From an uncultured delta proteobacterium (GTDB lineage: Bacteria > Myxococcota > Myxococcia > Myxococcales > Anaeromyxobacteraceae): a stretch of DNA of 64,000 nucleotides. Within the stretch, counting starts at the first letter, position 1. Each line of letters starts with the position of its first letter. The position numbers and the translations under genes are program-made. Under the pieces are notes generated by a model. That model searched no databases and was not told the DNA's origin. It worked only from the letters and a program-made list of their open reading frames with translations. Of the stretch, positions 44,323 to 60,524 are shown one piece after another. The stretch lies in NCBI GenBank assembly GCA_963766715.1, contig CAVYBH010000008.1:384001-448000 (forward strand). The letters run 5' to 3'.

Positions 44323-46322
44323 TTGTCCCAGAACCCGAGCAGCGCCCTCGTCAAGAAGGCCGTCGACACCATCCGCTTCCTCGCCGCCGACGCCGTCCAG
44401 AAGGCGAACAGCGGGCATCCCGGCATGCCGATGGGCGCCGCCGACATGGCCTTCGTGCTCTGGACGCGCCACCTCCGCTTCGACCCGTCGCAGCCGCGAT
44501 GGATCGACCGGGATCGTTTCGTGCTCTCGGCCGGCCACGGGTCGATGCTCCTCTACTCGCTGCTCCACCTGTCGGGCTTCGACGTCTCCCTCGAGGACCT
44601 GAAGAACTTCCGGCAGGTCGGCTCGAAGACGCCCGGCCACCCCGAGTTCCGGCACACCCCGGGCGTCGAGGTCACGAGCGGCCCGCTCGGCCAGGGCTTC
44701 GCGAACGGCGTGGGCATGGCGCTCGGCCAGGCCATGCTCTCGGCCCAGCTCGGCCCCGGGAACCCGGTCGAGGATCACTGGGTCTACGCCATCGTCTCCG
44801 ACGGCGACCTCATGGAGGGCGTGAGCGCCGAGGCCGCCAGCCTCGCCGGCCACAACAAGCTGGGGCGGCTCATCTACCTGTACGACGACAACCAGATCAC
44901 CATCGACGGCAGCACCAGCCTGGCCTTCACCGAGGACGTCACCCGGCGCTTCGAGGCCTACGGCTGGCAGGTGCAGTCGGTGGACGGCCGCGACCACGAG
45001 GGCATCTCGAAGGCCATCGACGCCGCCAAGGCCGACCTCTCCCGGCCCAGCCTCATCCGGGTCCACACCGTCATCGGCTACGGCGCCCCGAACAAGCAGG
45101 GGAAGTCGAGCGTCCACGGCGCGCCGCTCGGCGAGGAGGAGCTGAAGGCCGCCAAGGAGTTCCTGGGCTGGCCGCTCGAGCCCCGGTTCCTGGTCCCGGA
45201 CGACGTCCGCGCGCTCTGGAGCGACGTGGTCGCGAGGAAGGTGGCGGAGCACGCGGCCTGGGAGAAGCGCGCCCAGGCCTGGCGGGCCGCCAATCCCGAG
45301 AAGGCGCGCCTGCTCGACGCCCACGTGAACCGCACCGTCCCGGCGGACATCGCCGCAAGGCTCCTCGAGGGCGCCGACGCCTCCGACGCCACGCGGAAGC
45401 TCTCGCAGGCCATGGTCCAGAAGGTCGCCGCGCTGGTGCCCGCCGTGGTGGGCGGCTCGGCCGACCTCGCCGAGTCGAACCTCACCGACATCAAGGGCGC
45501 CGGCGGCGTCGGCCCCGGCCAGTACGCGGGTCGCAACATCCATTTCGGCATCCGCGAGCACGCCATGGGGTCGATCGCCAACGGCCTCGCCTACGACGGC
45601 GCGCACATCCCGTTCGTGGGGACCTTCCTCATCTTCTCCGACTACATGCGACCGCCGGTGCGCCTGGCCGCGCTGGCCGGGCTCCAGGTCGTCTACGTCT
45701 GGACCCACGACTCCATCTTCCTCGGCGAGGACGGCCCCACCCACCAGCCCGTCGAGCAGTTGACCTCGCTGCGGGCCATCCCCAATCTCCACGTGGTGCG
45801 CCCCGCCGACGGCGTCGAGGTGGCGCTCGCCTGGGCCCACGCGCTCACCCGGCGTGAAGGCCCGACCGCGCTGGTGCTCACGCGGCAGAAGATCGCGAAG
45901 ATCGAGCGGCCGGCCGGCTTCGACGCGGCGAAGGCGCATGCGCGGCGGCTACGTCGTGGCCGACCCCGCGGGCGCGAAGGTGACGCTGGTCGCCACGGGC
46001 AGCGAGCTCGCCACGGCCCAGGGCGCGGCCGCGCTGCTCGCGCAGAAGGGAGATCGCGGCCCGGCTCGTGTCGGTGCCGTGCCTGGCCTGCTTCGAGGCC
46101 CAGCCCGAGTCCTGGCGGCGGGAGGTCATCCCCGCCGGCCAGCGGGTCGCGGTGGTCGAGGCCGCGCGCGCAATCGAGTGGTGGAGGATCGCCGGCTCCG
46201 ACGGCCTCGTCATCGGGATCGACGGGTTCGGCGCGAGCGCTCCGGAGAAGGCCCTCGCCGAGAAGTACGGCTTCACGCCCGCCAAGGTGGCGGCACGCGT
46301 GGAGGGCTGGCTGGCGGGCTAG
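44323..46322 (+). CDS. tkt: Transketolase; frameshifts near 45935 and 46050
   Basis: [61 protein letters not shown] start with GGAGG SD. Confidence 0.95.
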
Positions 46323-46348
46323 CGCGTCGTCGTCGCCCGGATGCAGCA

Positions 46349-46380
46349 ACGCCCCGCCTCCTGGAAGGAGGACGGGGCGT
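46349..46380. terminator. Strong hairpin between convergent tkt and LuxR-type genes
   Basis: acgccccgcctcct-gga-aggagg(a)cggggcgt; no clear U-tract. Confidence 0.5.
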
Positions 46381-46419
46381 CGTGGCCGGCTCGGCTACCG
46401 CCGGTCCGCGTTGCGTCGA

Positions 46420-46758
46420 CTACCGCATCACCGGCTGGGCCTGCACCGGGGCCTGCATCGGGATGGCGACGGTGACCGGACGCGCCTCGAGGCGCTCTCC
46501 CTTCGAGAGCATCTTCAGCGAGAGGGCCAGGAGCTTGGCGAGCAGCTCGGCAGAGCCGGGCACGTCGAGCTTGCGGTAGATGCGCTTGCGGCGGGCGCGG
46601 ATGGTCTCGGGCGAGACGCCGGCAGCCGACGCCGAGTCCTTGCAGGCAAAGCCCTGGGCGATGCGAAGCACCTCGGCGCGCTCGGCCGGGGTCAGGTTGG
46701 TGCCTTCCAGGAATCTCGATGCAAACGGCTGAAGAATTTCGATGTCAATCTGGGCCAT
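46420..46758 (-). CDS. Stand-alone LuxR-type HTH regulator
   Basis: LTPAE...IAQG...[20 protein letters not shown]. Confidence 0.85.
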   Translation of the reverse strand: MAQIDIEILQPFASRFLEGTNLTPAERAEVLRIAQGFACKDSASAAGVSPETIRARRKRIYRKLDVPGSAELLAKLLALSLKMLSKGERLEARPVTVAIPMQAPVQAQPVMR

Positions 46759-47050
46759 GGGTCGTCCATTTCCTTTCGAGAACTGGCTCCGTACCCGGCC
46801 GATCGCGGATTTTTTACTGCTCCCCCCCGCAAACCCGGTCGGGCTTCAGGTCCATAGAGTAGCAACGCCCCGTTCGGTCCGCACCCCCCAGGGACGTTTT
46901 TCTATGAACCGTCAACTGGGTACACGAACAAGATTCAATACATCCACGATTCGTCGGGTTTCGCAGACGTCACCCACCCCAAGGGGTTGTAACAACAAAT
47001 GAATCGACCCTCCGTTCGGGACGCCCCGATCTGGCGTGAGGGGTCCCCGG

Positions 47051-48000
47051 TCAGGGAGCCGGCCAGCGTCCCAGATGGGTCGTCAGGCGTCGATCCACCT
47101 CTGCGAGCGAGTCCCAGTCGAGTGCCGGTGAACGGATATCGCGTGCGGATTTGACGCTTGGCGGCAAGGGGACGTCGGCCCGCAGCGGCATGAGCCCGGG
47201 TGCGCGAGCGACGAGCAGCTGCTCCGCGTCCGCTCCGGAGAGCCAGTCGGCCAGCGCAGCGCCGCCGGATTCGCGACCCCCTGCGTCAGGATGGCCGCGG
47301 CGGTCGGGAAGACGAGCGTCCCGAAGCCGGCGCGGTCCGGGTAGACGATCTCCAGGGCCGCCGAGCTCAACGCGCCCGCGACGCCGTCTTCCGAGCCGGC
47401 GAGGCCGAAGGCCGCCTTGCCGGAGGCCACGAGGGACCGCACGCTGGCTCCGTCCGGGGCGAGCTGCGGACGCTGCGCGCCGATCGCGGCCGCGAGGCGC
47501 AGCGCGGCCTCCTCGCTGGAGAGCACGGCCAGCGCCGCGATGGTGGCCGGGCCCTCTCCGCGCCCGAGCGGCACCATCGCCTGGAGCCCCGCCACGCGAG
47601 GGTCGGCGAGGTCGCGCAGGTGCGCGGGCGCGAGCGGCAGCGCGCTCCGGGGATTCACCAGGAGCACGCAGGCATGGGCGCCCACGGGGAAGAACCGGCC
47701 GCGCGGATCCTTCCACCGGCGATCCACCCCGCGCACGTCGGGGGCGGATCCGGGGACGAGCAGCGGCGCGTTCCGGAGGGCCTGCACGGGGTCGGCGAAC
47801 CAGGCCAGGTCGGCGCCGGCGGGGTCGGGCACGAGCACCACGCGCGCCACCCGGCGATTCACCGCGAGTGTCACGAGGGCCTGGGCCGCGAGCGGGGAGA
47901 CGGAGGCGTGGACCTTCACCTCCGGGAGCGGCGCGTCGGCGGAGCAGCCCGCCGCGAGGGCCGTGACGACCGCGGCGAGGGCGAGCGGCGAGGCGTCGCA

Positions 48001-48001
<1 letters not shown>
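47051..48001 (-). CDS. ABC transporter substrate-binding lipoprotein (Fe3+/thiamine-like); frameshifted
   Basis: Lipobox LAAGC, LRDLADP, IVYPD...GTLVFP, PLRADVP. Confidence 0.65.
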
Positions 48002-53182
<5,181 letters not shown>

Positions 53183-53243
53183 TGATGCTCCGCGTCGCCG
53201 CACGCTGCGCGGGCGCGGCGGCACCTACCCACCGGGGGATTCG

Positions 53244-53450
53244 TCACAGCAGCCCGAGCCCCGCCGCGGCGACGAGCCACAGCGGCCCGCCGACCAGCAG
53301 CACCAGCACCCAGAGGATCCCGTAGAGCCGTCGCCGCCCCGGCGGCGAGGCGGCGCGCCCGGCCAGCGCGAAGAAGGTCGCGGCGATCACGCCGACCGCG
53401 AGGAAGCCGGCGAAGAGCAACGCAGGGTTCGGACCGAGGGGCCCGCTCAC
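53244..53450 (-). CDS. Small two-TM membrane protein
   Basis: 68 aa hydrophobic ORF; GTG start overlaps the frr stop. Confidence 0.6.
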   Translation of the reverse strand: MSGPLGPNPALLFAGFLAVGVIAATFFALAGRAASPPGRRRLYGILWVLVLLVGGPLWLVAAAGLGLL

Positions 53451-54010
53451 ACCTGCATCACGTCCTTTTCCTTGGCGGCCACGATCTCGTCGATCTTCTT
53501 CACGCCGTCGTCGGTGGCCTTCTGCACCTTCTCGAGCGCCTTCTTGGCCTCGTCCTGCGAGACGTCGCCGTCCTTCTCGGAGGCCTCGACGAGCTCCTTG
53601 GCGTCGCGCCGCTCGCCCCGGATGGCGATCTTGAACTCCTCGCCCTTGTGCTTCACCTGCTTCACAATCTCCCGGCGCCGCTCCTCGGTGAGGGGCGGGA
53701 TGGGGATGCGGACGAGGTCCTTGTCCCCCTGGGGATTGAGCCCCAGGTTGGCGTCGCGGATGGCCTTCTCGATGGCCGGGATGAGGTTCTTCTCCCACGG
53801 CTTCACCGTGAGCAGCCGGGCGTCGGCGACCGCCAGCGTCCCGATCTGGGCGAGCGGGGTCATCTGGCCGTAGTAGTCGACCCGCACGCTGTCGAGCAGG
53901 TGCAGGTTGGCGCGGCCGGTGCGGATGGACTGCAGGTCGCCCTTGAACGAATCGAGGGTCCGGGCGATGCGCTCGGAGAGGTCCTTCAGGATGTCGTCGG
54001 CTGCGCTCAT
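53447..54010 (-). CDS. frr: Ribosome recycling factor
   Basis: IRTGRA, VDYYG, LGLNP, PPLTEERR, KEKDVM. Confidence 0.96.
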   Translation of the reverse strand: MSAADDILKDLSERIARTLDSFKGDLQSIRTGRANLHLLDSVRVDYYGQMTPLAQIGTLAVADARLLTVKPWEKNLIPAIEKAIRDANLGLNPQGDKDLVRIPIPPLTEERRREIVKQVKHKGEEFKIAIRGERRDAKELVEASEKDGDVSQDEAKKALEKVQKATDDGVKKIDEIVAAKEKDVMQV

Positions 54011-54041
54011 GTTCCCTCCTCGCGGGTGGGTGGGCGCGGGC

Positions 54042-54806
54042 CTAGGCCGCGCGGGTCGAGACCTTGCCGACGGTGGTCCCGATCTCCTCGCCGAGCGCGA
54101 CGCGCTTGATGTTGCCGCGGACGGTGAGGTCGAAGACCACGATGGGCAGGTCGTTGTCCATGCAGAGGCTGATGGCGGTGGAGTCCATCACCTTGAGGTT
54201 CTTCTTGAGGACGTCGAGGTAGGAGAGCTGCTTGAACTTCACCGCGGCCGGGTTCTTCTTCGGGTCGTCGTTGTAGACGCCGTCGACCTTGGTGGCCTTG
54301 AGGAGCACGTCGGCGTGGACCTCCATGGCCCGCAGGCTGGCCGCCGTGTCGGTGGTGAAGTACGGGTTCCCGGTCCCGGCCGCGAAGATGACCACGCGCC
54401 CCTTCTCCAGGTGGCGGATGGCGCGGCGGCGGATGTAGGGCTCGGCGATCTGGTGCATCTCGATGGCCGACTGGACCCGCGTCTGCACGCCCAGCTTCTC
54501 GAAGGCGTCCTGGAGCGCCATGCCGTTGATGACGGTGGCCAGCATGCCCATGTAGTCGGCGCTGGAGCGGTCCATGCCCTCGGTGGCCCCGGACACGCCG
54601 CGGAAGATGTTCCCGCCGCCGATGGTGAGCGCCACCTGGACGCCCAGGTCGACGATCTCCTTCACGTCCTGCGCGATGGCGACGAGGGTCTTCGGCGAGA
54701 TGCCGTACTTGCCGTCGCCCATGAGCGCCTCCCCCGAGAGCTTCACGAGGACGCGCTTGTATCGGGACTTCGGCTTCTCGGTGCTGCTCGGGGTCGGTGT
54801 CTTCAT
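54042..54806 (-). CDS. pyrH: UMP kinase
   Basis: [37 protein letters not shown]. Confidence 0.97.
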   Translation of the reverse strand: MKTPTPSSTEKPKSRYKRVLVKLSGEALMGDGKYGISPKTLVAIAQDVKEIVDLGVQVALTIGGGNIFRGVSGATEGMDRSSADYMGMLATVINGMALQDAFEKLGVQTRVQSAIEMHQIAEPYIRRRAIRHLEKGRVVIFAAGTGNPYFTTDTAASLRAMEVHADVLLKATKVDGVYNDDPKKNPAAVKFKQLSYLDVLKKNLKVMDSTAISLCMDNDLPIVVFDLTVRGNIKRVALGEEIGTTVGKVSTRAA

Positions 54807-54853
54807 GGGGTCGGCCGCCTGGGCTGGCGCATTGTACTCGAAATGGTCAGGGA

Positions 54854-56857
54854 CTACGGGGCCCCGGGCGAGGCCGGCGGGGTGGGTGGCGTCTCACCGT
54901 CGGCGCCCTGTCCGCGGCGGCGGCGGCGGCGTCCGCCCCGGCGGCGGCGGCGGCGGCGGGCCTCTCCCTCCGGGGTATCTTCCGCGGCGGCAGGCTCGGA
55001 GCCGGCGGCCTCGACCGTGCCTTCCGGGGCCTCCGCCGTCGGCAGCGGGCGGCGGCGGGGCGCGGCGCGGCGTGCCGGGCGCGGGGGCCCGGGACGGGGG
55101 AATCGGTCGCCGGTGCGGCCTCGTCGAGGAGCGAGGGATCGATCTCCTCCCCGCCTCCTCCGTGCCCTCCGCGCGACTCCGCTTCCCACCTCGCCAGCGC
55201 TTCCCCGCCCTGGCCGGTGGCCCGGACGGTCATCCGCAGCAGGAGGAGGGCGTCGTCGAAGTACGCCTGGGCGGAGAGCCCGCCGCGACGGCGGCGGCGC
55301 GGCGGCCCGTGGAAGAGCCGCTGGGCCCGCAGCGCCATGCGCGCCCGGTCGGCCATCTTGCGCGGCAACCGGGCGGTCTGGACGAGCTCCGCCAGCAGGG
55401 CGTCGGCGCCTTCCTCTCCTTCGGGGCCCCCGTGGAGGTGGACGAGCAGCGCGCCGAGCAGCACGGCGTCGGAGGCTTCCTCCCCGGCTCGCACGAGCCC
55501 GTCGAGGGCGGCGAGATGGGTGGCGAACCGGGTGCGGGCCTCGGCCCCCCCGCCGTCGAGCGCCTTGGAGAGGGACGGGAGGACGACCGGCAGCATCCCC
55601 GAGGAGCGGAGCAGCTCGAAGGCGCGCTGTGCGCCGGTGCAGCGGAGGATTCTGAAGATCTCCTCGAGCACGCGGGGCGGGGCGCACCGGGCCAGCTCGC
55701 CCGAGTGCCGCCGCATGGCCTCGAAGACCTCGGGCTCGATGGTGAAGCCGAGCCGGGCCGCGAAGCGCACCGCGCGCAGCGCCCGGACGGGGTCCTCGCG
55801 CATGCGGATCTCGGGGTCGCCGATGGTGGAGATCCGGTGGGCCTCGAGGTCGGCGCGCCCGCCGACGTAGTCGATGACCTCGCCCAGGAACGGGTCGTAG
55901 AAGAGGCCGTTCACCGTGAAGTCGCGGCGGCGCGCGTCCTCCTCGGCGGTCCCGAAGACGTTGTCCCGGGTGATGAGGAGGTCGGCGTCGGTGGGCACGT
56001 CGTCGCCCACGTCCACCGGGTTCTGCCGGAAGGTGGCGACCTCGATGATCTTGCCGTCGCGGAAGAAGACGTGGGCCAGCCGGAAGCGCCGGCCGATGAG
56101 GCGGCAGTTGCGGAAGATGGCCCGGACCTCGCCCGGGTGGGCGTCGGTGGCGAGGTCGAAGTCCTTGGGCGTCCGGCCCAGCATGAGGTCGCGGACGCAG
56201 CCGCCCACGAAGTAGGCCTGGTGCCCCATGTGACGGAGCCGCGAGATCACCCGGACCGCGTCCCGGTCCAGCCGGTCGAGCGGGATCTCCGGCTCGCGAT
56301 CGGGGCGCGGCATCTCCGGGTCGAGAGCCAGGCCGCGCGGCGCACCGTGGCGCCGGTCGGGCTCGTGCGCGGCGCGCCGGCGCTCGCCGTCGTGGGACGG
56401 GCGGCGTCCGTCGGGATCGCGTTCCTGCCGGCTCCTCTCGGGCGCGCTGCTTCCTCGGCGCCCCTCGGACTCGTGGGCCGGGCGGCGAGCCTCGGACTCG
56501 CTGGACCCTCGGCGTCCCTCGGACTCGTGCCCGCTGCTTCCCCGGCGTCCCTCCGGACTCGTGGGCCGGGCGGCGGGCCTCGTGCTCGCGTGCGGGCCGT
56601 CCGCCGCCGACGTCGATGGTGCGGATGGCGTCGCGCGGCTCGTGGCGGGGCGGGCGGCTCTCGCCCGGGATTCCCTCGGGCGAACCGGCGACCTCGCCGG
56701 GCTTGCGGCCGCGACCGCGACGCGACCGGCGCCGACGGCGGCCTGGCGTGCCTTCCCCGCCGGCGCCGCCCGTTGGCGTCGCCTCGCTGGGGCTCGAAGT
56801 CTCTTGGGGGTCCCGCGCCTCGTGCGGGTGGGGGTCTCTTCTCTGGTTTTCTTCCAT
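54854..56857 (-). CDS. pcnB: Poly(A) polymerase I with long disordered termini; frameshifts near 56555 and 55045
   Basis: [15 protein letters not shown] signature [30 protein letters not shown]. Confidence 0.9.
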   Translation of the reverse strand: MEENQRRDPHPHEARDPQETSSPSEATPTGGAGGEGTPGRRRRRSRRGRGRKPGEVAGSPEGIPGESRPPRHEPRDAIRTIDVGGGRPAREHEARRPAHESGGTPGKQRARVRGTPRVQRVRGSPPGPRVRGAPRKQRAREEPAGTRSRRTPPVPRRRAPARRARARPAPRCAARPGSRPGDAAPRSRAGDPARPAGPGRGPGDLAAPSHGAPGLLRGRLRPRPHAGPDAQGLRPRHRRPPGRGPGHLPQLPPHRPALPAGPRLLPRRQDHRGRHLPAEPGGRGRRRAHRRRPPHHPGQRLRDRRGGRAPPRLHGERPLLRPVPGRGHRLRRRARRPRGPPDLHHRRPRDPHARGPRPGAARGALRGPARLHHRARGLRGHAAALGRAGPVRPAPRARGDLQNPPLHRRTARLRAAPLLGDAAGRPPVPLQGARRRGGRGPHPVRHPSRRPRRARASRGGSLRRRAARRAARPPPRGPRRRGRRRRPAGGARPDRPVAAQDGRPGAHGAAGPAALPRAAAPPPSRRALRPGVLRRRPPPAADDRPGHRPGRGSAGEVGSGVARRARRRRGGDRSLAPRRGRTGDRFPRPGPPRPARRAAPRRRPLPTAEAPEGTVEAAGSEPAAAEDTPEGEARRRRRRRGGRRRRRRGQGADGETPPTPPASPGAP
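56440..56590 (-). repeat. Imperfect tandem peptide repeats ([19 protein letters not shown]) in the PcnB N-terminus
   Basis: Recurring (c)cctcggactcg(tg) units on the plus strand. Confidence 0.75.
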
Positions 56858-56976
56858 GCGTTCGCCGGGATCGGGGGGCGCCTCGCCCGGGGCTCATCCG
56901 CCGGGCCCGCGAGACGCACCTTCACCGTCGGGCATTTCCTTTGTGATGGGTACTTAAGCCATGGATACGCGTCGCG

Positions 56977-57804
56977 TCAATCTCCTCGGAACATCTCGAC
57001 CTGCTCGGCCTCGAGCCCCAGGACGTCCCGGACGGGTCCGAATGACCGGCGGTGAATGGGGCAGGCCCCCCGCTCCCGCAGCGCCGCGACGTGGTCCGGC
57101 GTCGGATATCCCTTGTGGCGTGCGAAACCGTATCCCGGGTGCTCGTCGTCCATCCGCGCCATGAGGGCGTCCCGGGTGGTCTTGGCGAGGATGCTGGCCG
57201 CGGCGATGGTCAGGGAAAGCGCGTCCCCGTGGACGATGCCGTCCTGGGGGATGTCGAGGTCGCGGATGCGCCGGGCGTCGATGAGCAGGTGCTCGGGGCG
57301 GGGCGTGAGCCCCAGCACGGCGCGGCGCAGCGAGAGGATTCCGGCCCAGTAGATGTTCAGCCGATCAATCTCCCCCACCTCGGCCTGCCCCACCGCCCAG
57401 GCCACGGCGTTCTTCTTGATGTCGGCGGCCAGCCGCTCCCGCTCGGCGGCGTCGAGCTGCTTGGAGTCGTCGACCCCGCGAGGCCGGTAGTCGCGCGGGA
57501 GGATGCAGGCGGCCGCGACCACGGGACCGGCGAGCGGGGCCATCCCCGCCTCGTCCACCCCGGCCACCAGCGTCACGCCGCGCGCCCAGAGCCGCGTCTC
57601 GTACCGGAGGAGGTTTCGCAGCCGCTGCCCCTCGGCCCGGTTCGACTTCCGGCGGCGGCGCACGCTCGCCAGGACGGCGCGCGCGCCGGCGCGCGGGTCG
57701 GCCTCGAGGAGGGACTCCAGGCCGGCCGGGAGCGGCCGCCCCTCCTCGACGTACCGCTGCCGGAGGTCGGAGATGGAGAGCAGGGAGAGGTCCTCGGGGG
57801 GCAT
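56977..57804 (-). CDS. rnhB: Ribonuclease HII
   Basis: [39 protein letters not shown]. Confidence 0.93.
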   Translation of the reverse strand: MPPEDLSLLSISDLRQRYVEEGRPLPAGLESLLEADPRAGARAVLASVRRRRKSNRAEGQRLRNLLRYETRLWARGVTLVAGVDEAGMAPLAGPVVAAACILPRDYRPRGVDDSKQLDAAERERLAADIKKNAVAWAVGQAEVGEIDRLNIYWAGILSLRRAVLGLTPRPEHLLIDARRIRDLDIPQDGIVHGDALSLTIAAASILAKTTRDALMARMDDEHPGYGFARHKGYPTPDHVAALRERGACPIHRRSFGPVRDVLGLEAEQVEMFRGD

Positions 57805-57839
57805 CGCGGCCGGATGGTAGCCGACCCGGCCGCGGCCCG

Positions 57840-58694
57840 TCACGCCCGGCCGGAGGGACGCGGGCCCTGGCAGCGCGGGCAGAAGAACGTGGAGCGCTGG
57901 GCCTGGACGATGCGCCGGATCTCCTCGGCGCGGCAGGCCGGGCAGCGCTCGCCATCCCGCGCGTAGACGCGGAACGGGTTCTCCGCGCCGGGCTCCTCGA
58001 CGTAGGCGATCTCGGGCCCCTCCTGCGTCTCGATGCCGCGCCGGAGCGACGCGGCGATGGCCCGGGCCAGGCGTCCGACCTCGGCGGCCGAGAGGGAGCC
58101 CCCCCGCCGGCGAGGGTCGATCCGCGCCGCGAAGAGCGACTCGCTCGCGTGGATGTTCCCGACCCCGGCGAGGACCGCCTGATCGAGGAGCGCCACCTTC
58201 ACCGCGCGCCGGGTGGCGCGGAGCCGCTCCCCGAGGCGTGCGGGGTCGATGCCGTCGTGGAGCGGATCGGGCCCCAGCGCACCGATGTCGGGCACGCCCG
58301 CGAAGTCGGCGCCCGGGATGGTCCGCAGCCGCCCGAAGAGGCGCGGGTCGAGGTAGTGGAGCGCGTTCCCGTCGTCGAGGTCGAGCCGGACGCGGGAGTG
58401 GGGAGGCGCAGGGTCGTCCGCGCCGCGCCGCACCCACTTGCCGGTCATGCCCAGGTGGCTCCACAGCCCGAGCGCGCGGCCGCGCCGGTCCTCGAGCGTG
58501 ACGAGCAGGTGCTTGCCGCGGCGGTCGACGGCGACGAAGCGGGCCCCGGCGACGGCCCGCGCGAAGGCGGAGCGGTCGGCGGGCCGGAAGATGCGAGCGG
58601 CCCGGGGATCGGTCCGCGCCCGCTCGATCCGCCGTTCCCCGGCCCAGGCCCGGAGGTTCCGGGCGGCGATCTCGACCTCGGGAAGCTCGGGCAC
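57840..58694 (-). CDS. mutM: Formamidopyrimidine-DNA glycosylase
   Basis: MPELPEVE, RRGK, HLGMTG, DPRLFG, GVGNI, C-terminal CxxC...CxxC zinc finger. Confidence 0.93.
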   Translation of the reverse strand: MPELPEVEIAARNLRAWAGERRIERARTDPRAARIFRPADRSAFARAVAGARFVAVDRRGKHLLVTLEDRRGRALGLWSHLGMTGKWVRRGADDPAPPHSRVRLDLDDGNALHYLDPRLFGRLRTIPGADFAGVPDIGALGPDPLHDGIDPARLGERLRATRRAVKVALLDQAVLAGVGNIHASESLFAARIDPRRRGGSLSAAEVGRLARAIAASLRRGIETQEGPEIAYVEEPGAENPFRVYARDGERCPACRAEEIRRIVQAQRSTFFCPRCQGPRPSGRA

Positions 58695-58697
58695 GCG

Positions 58698-60030
58698 TCA
58701 GCCCTCGCGGACGAAGGTGGCCACGAAGAACCCGTCGGTCCCGTGCCGGTGGGGCCAGAGCCGGAGCTCGTGTCCCACCGCACCGGCCGCGCGCGCGATC
58801 TCGGCGCCGAGGGTCTTCTCGAGCGGCAGGGGTGCGAAGCCCGCAAGCGACCCGGCGACCTCGGCCACCTCCTCGTCCTCGGTCCGGGTCACCGAGCAGG
58901 TCGCGTAGACGAGCCGTCCACCCGGCTTCACCAATCGTGAGAATCGCGTCACCAGCTCCTTCTGCGTGACGGCGAACCGCTCCGGATCCCGGGGGCCGAG
59001 CCGCCAGCGGGCGTCGGGCTTGCGACGGAGCGTCCCCAGGCCGCTGCAGGGCGCGTCCACGAGCACGACGTCGGCCTTCCCTTCCTGGTCGCGGAGCGCC
59101 AGGTCGGCCTCGGCGCCGGCCGGGATCGCCCGGATCCGGAGGTTGTCCACGCCGTCCCGGCTGGCCCTTCGCCGGGCGTCCTCGAGCCGCTCGGCCTCGA
59201 CGTCGAGGGCCAGGATCGTCCCGCGGTTGTGCATCTCCGCCGCGAGCGCCAGGCTCTTGCCGCCGGCTCCGGCGCAGGCGTCCACGACCTTCATGCCCGG
59301 CCGCGCGCCGCAGGCGAGCGCGATGAGCTGGCTCCCCTCGTCCTGGATCTCGAACAGCCCGCCCTTGAAGGCGGCGAGCCCGAAGGCGTTGGCGTGGCCG
59401 TCGAGCGTGAGGCCCCAGGGGGACAGGCGGGTGGGCTCGGACTCCACCCCTTCCTGCGCGAGCTGCTCCCTCAGGGCGTCCCGGGTGGTGCGGATCAGGT
59501 TCGCCCGCACCGTGAGCGGCGCCCGGGTGTTCACCGCCTGGGAGAAGAGCCGCGCCTCGTCGAGCCCCATCTCCGCGACCAGCCGCTCGGCCAGCCACGG
59601 GGGCAGCGAGCCCTCGGCCGACAGGCGCGCCACCGGGTCGGCGATGGCCGCCAGGCGCGCGTCGCCGCCGGCGAGCGGCGCGAGCGTCCCGCGGGGCAGC
59701 CCCATCCGGCGCTCGGCCGCCTCGATCGACAGGCCGCCCGGCCCCACCAGCGACGCCGCGTACAGCTCGCCGACGGCGGCCTTGCGTCCCAGCAGCCATT
59801 CCAGCCGGCCCTGGGCCCGGACCACCCCGTACAGCGCCTCGGCCGCGGCGCGCCGTTCGGCCGAGTAGAGCCGCTTCTGGCGGCGGAGCACCACCTCGAG
59901 GGCCCGGTCGGCGAGCCAGCCCTGCTCGCGCACCAGGCCGAGGACCTCGAGCACTGCCGCGTCCACCAGGTCGTCCCGGAGCGGCCGCCGCGCGAAGGCG
60001 CGGGCCGAGCGCGATCCGGGCTGGCGCTCC
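58698..60030 (-). CDS. RsmB/NOP family RNA m5C methyltransferase; start uncertain
   Basis: [33 protein letters not shown]. Confidence 0.88.
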
Positions 60031-60034
60031 CGGC

Positions 60035-60491
60035 CTACAGGGCCTCCAGGACTTCGGCCACGTGACCGGCGACTTTCACCTTCGGGAAACACCTTCACCA
60101 CCTTGCCGTCGGGGCCGACGATCACGGTGGTGCGCACCGTGCCGAAGACCTTCTTGCCGTACATGTTCTTCTCTCCCCACACGCCCCAGGCCTTCTGCAT
60201 CTCGGCGTCGGGGTCCGACAGCAGCCGGAACGGGAGCTGGAACTTCTCCTCGAACTTCTTCTGGGTCCGGGGCTCGTCCTTCGACACGCCCAGGATCACG
60301 GCCTTCTTCTTCTTGAATGCCTCGACTTCGTCACGGAAGTCGCTCGCCTCCTGGCTTCAACCAGAGGTCATGGCCTTCGGGTAGAAGAAGAGCACGACCG
60401 TCCTTCCCTTGTAGTCCGACAGCTTCACCTTCTCGCCGTCCTGGTCGAGGAGCGCGAAGTCCGGCGCCTTCTTTCCCGTCTCGAGAGCCAT
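60035..60491 (-). CDS. bcp: Peroxiredoxin BCP/PrxQ with in-frame TGA (probable selenocysteine) at codon 45; +1 indel near 60088
   Basis: [11 protein letters not shown]...[22 protein letters not shown]...LGVSKD...LLSDPD...RTT; TGA at 60357-60359 is the C of PxxxTxxC. Confidence 0.88.
60314..60359 (-). promoter_or_regulatory. Putative bacterial SECIS element
   Basis: mRNA UGAAGCC-AGGAGGCGAG-CGACUUC-CGUGAC-GAAGUCG-A-GGC(A)UUCA; perfect 7-bp upper stem with G-containing loop 21 nt after the UGA. Confidence 0.7.
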
Positions 60492-60524
60492 GTGACCTCC
60501 GGGGGTGGAGATACACTCGGCACC

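Noticed and set aside
56440..56590. Repeats as a possible CRISPR array
   Set aside because: Short, irregularly spaced, codon-phased repeats inside pcnB; no unique spacers or cas genes
58698..60299. Apparent BCP-RsmB fusion
   Set aside because: One extra T near 60088 hides the natural BCP end ([19 protein letters not shown] at 60035)
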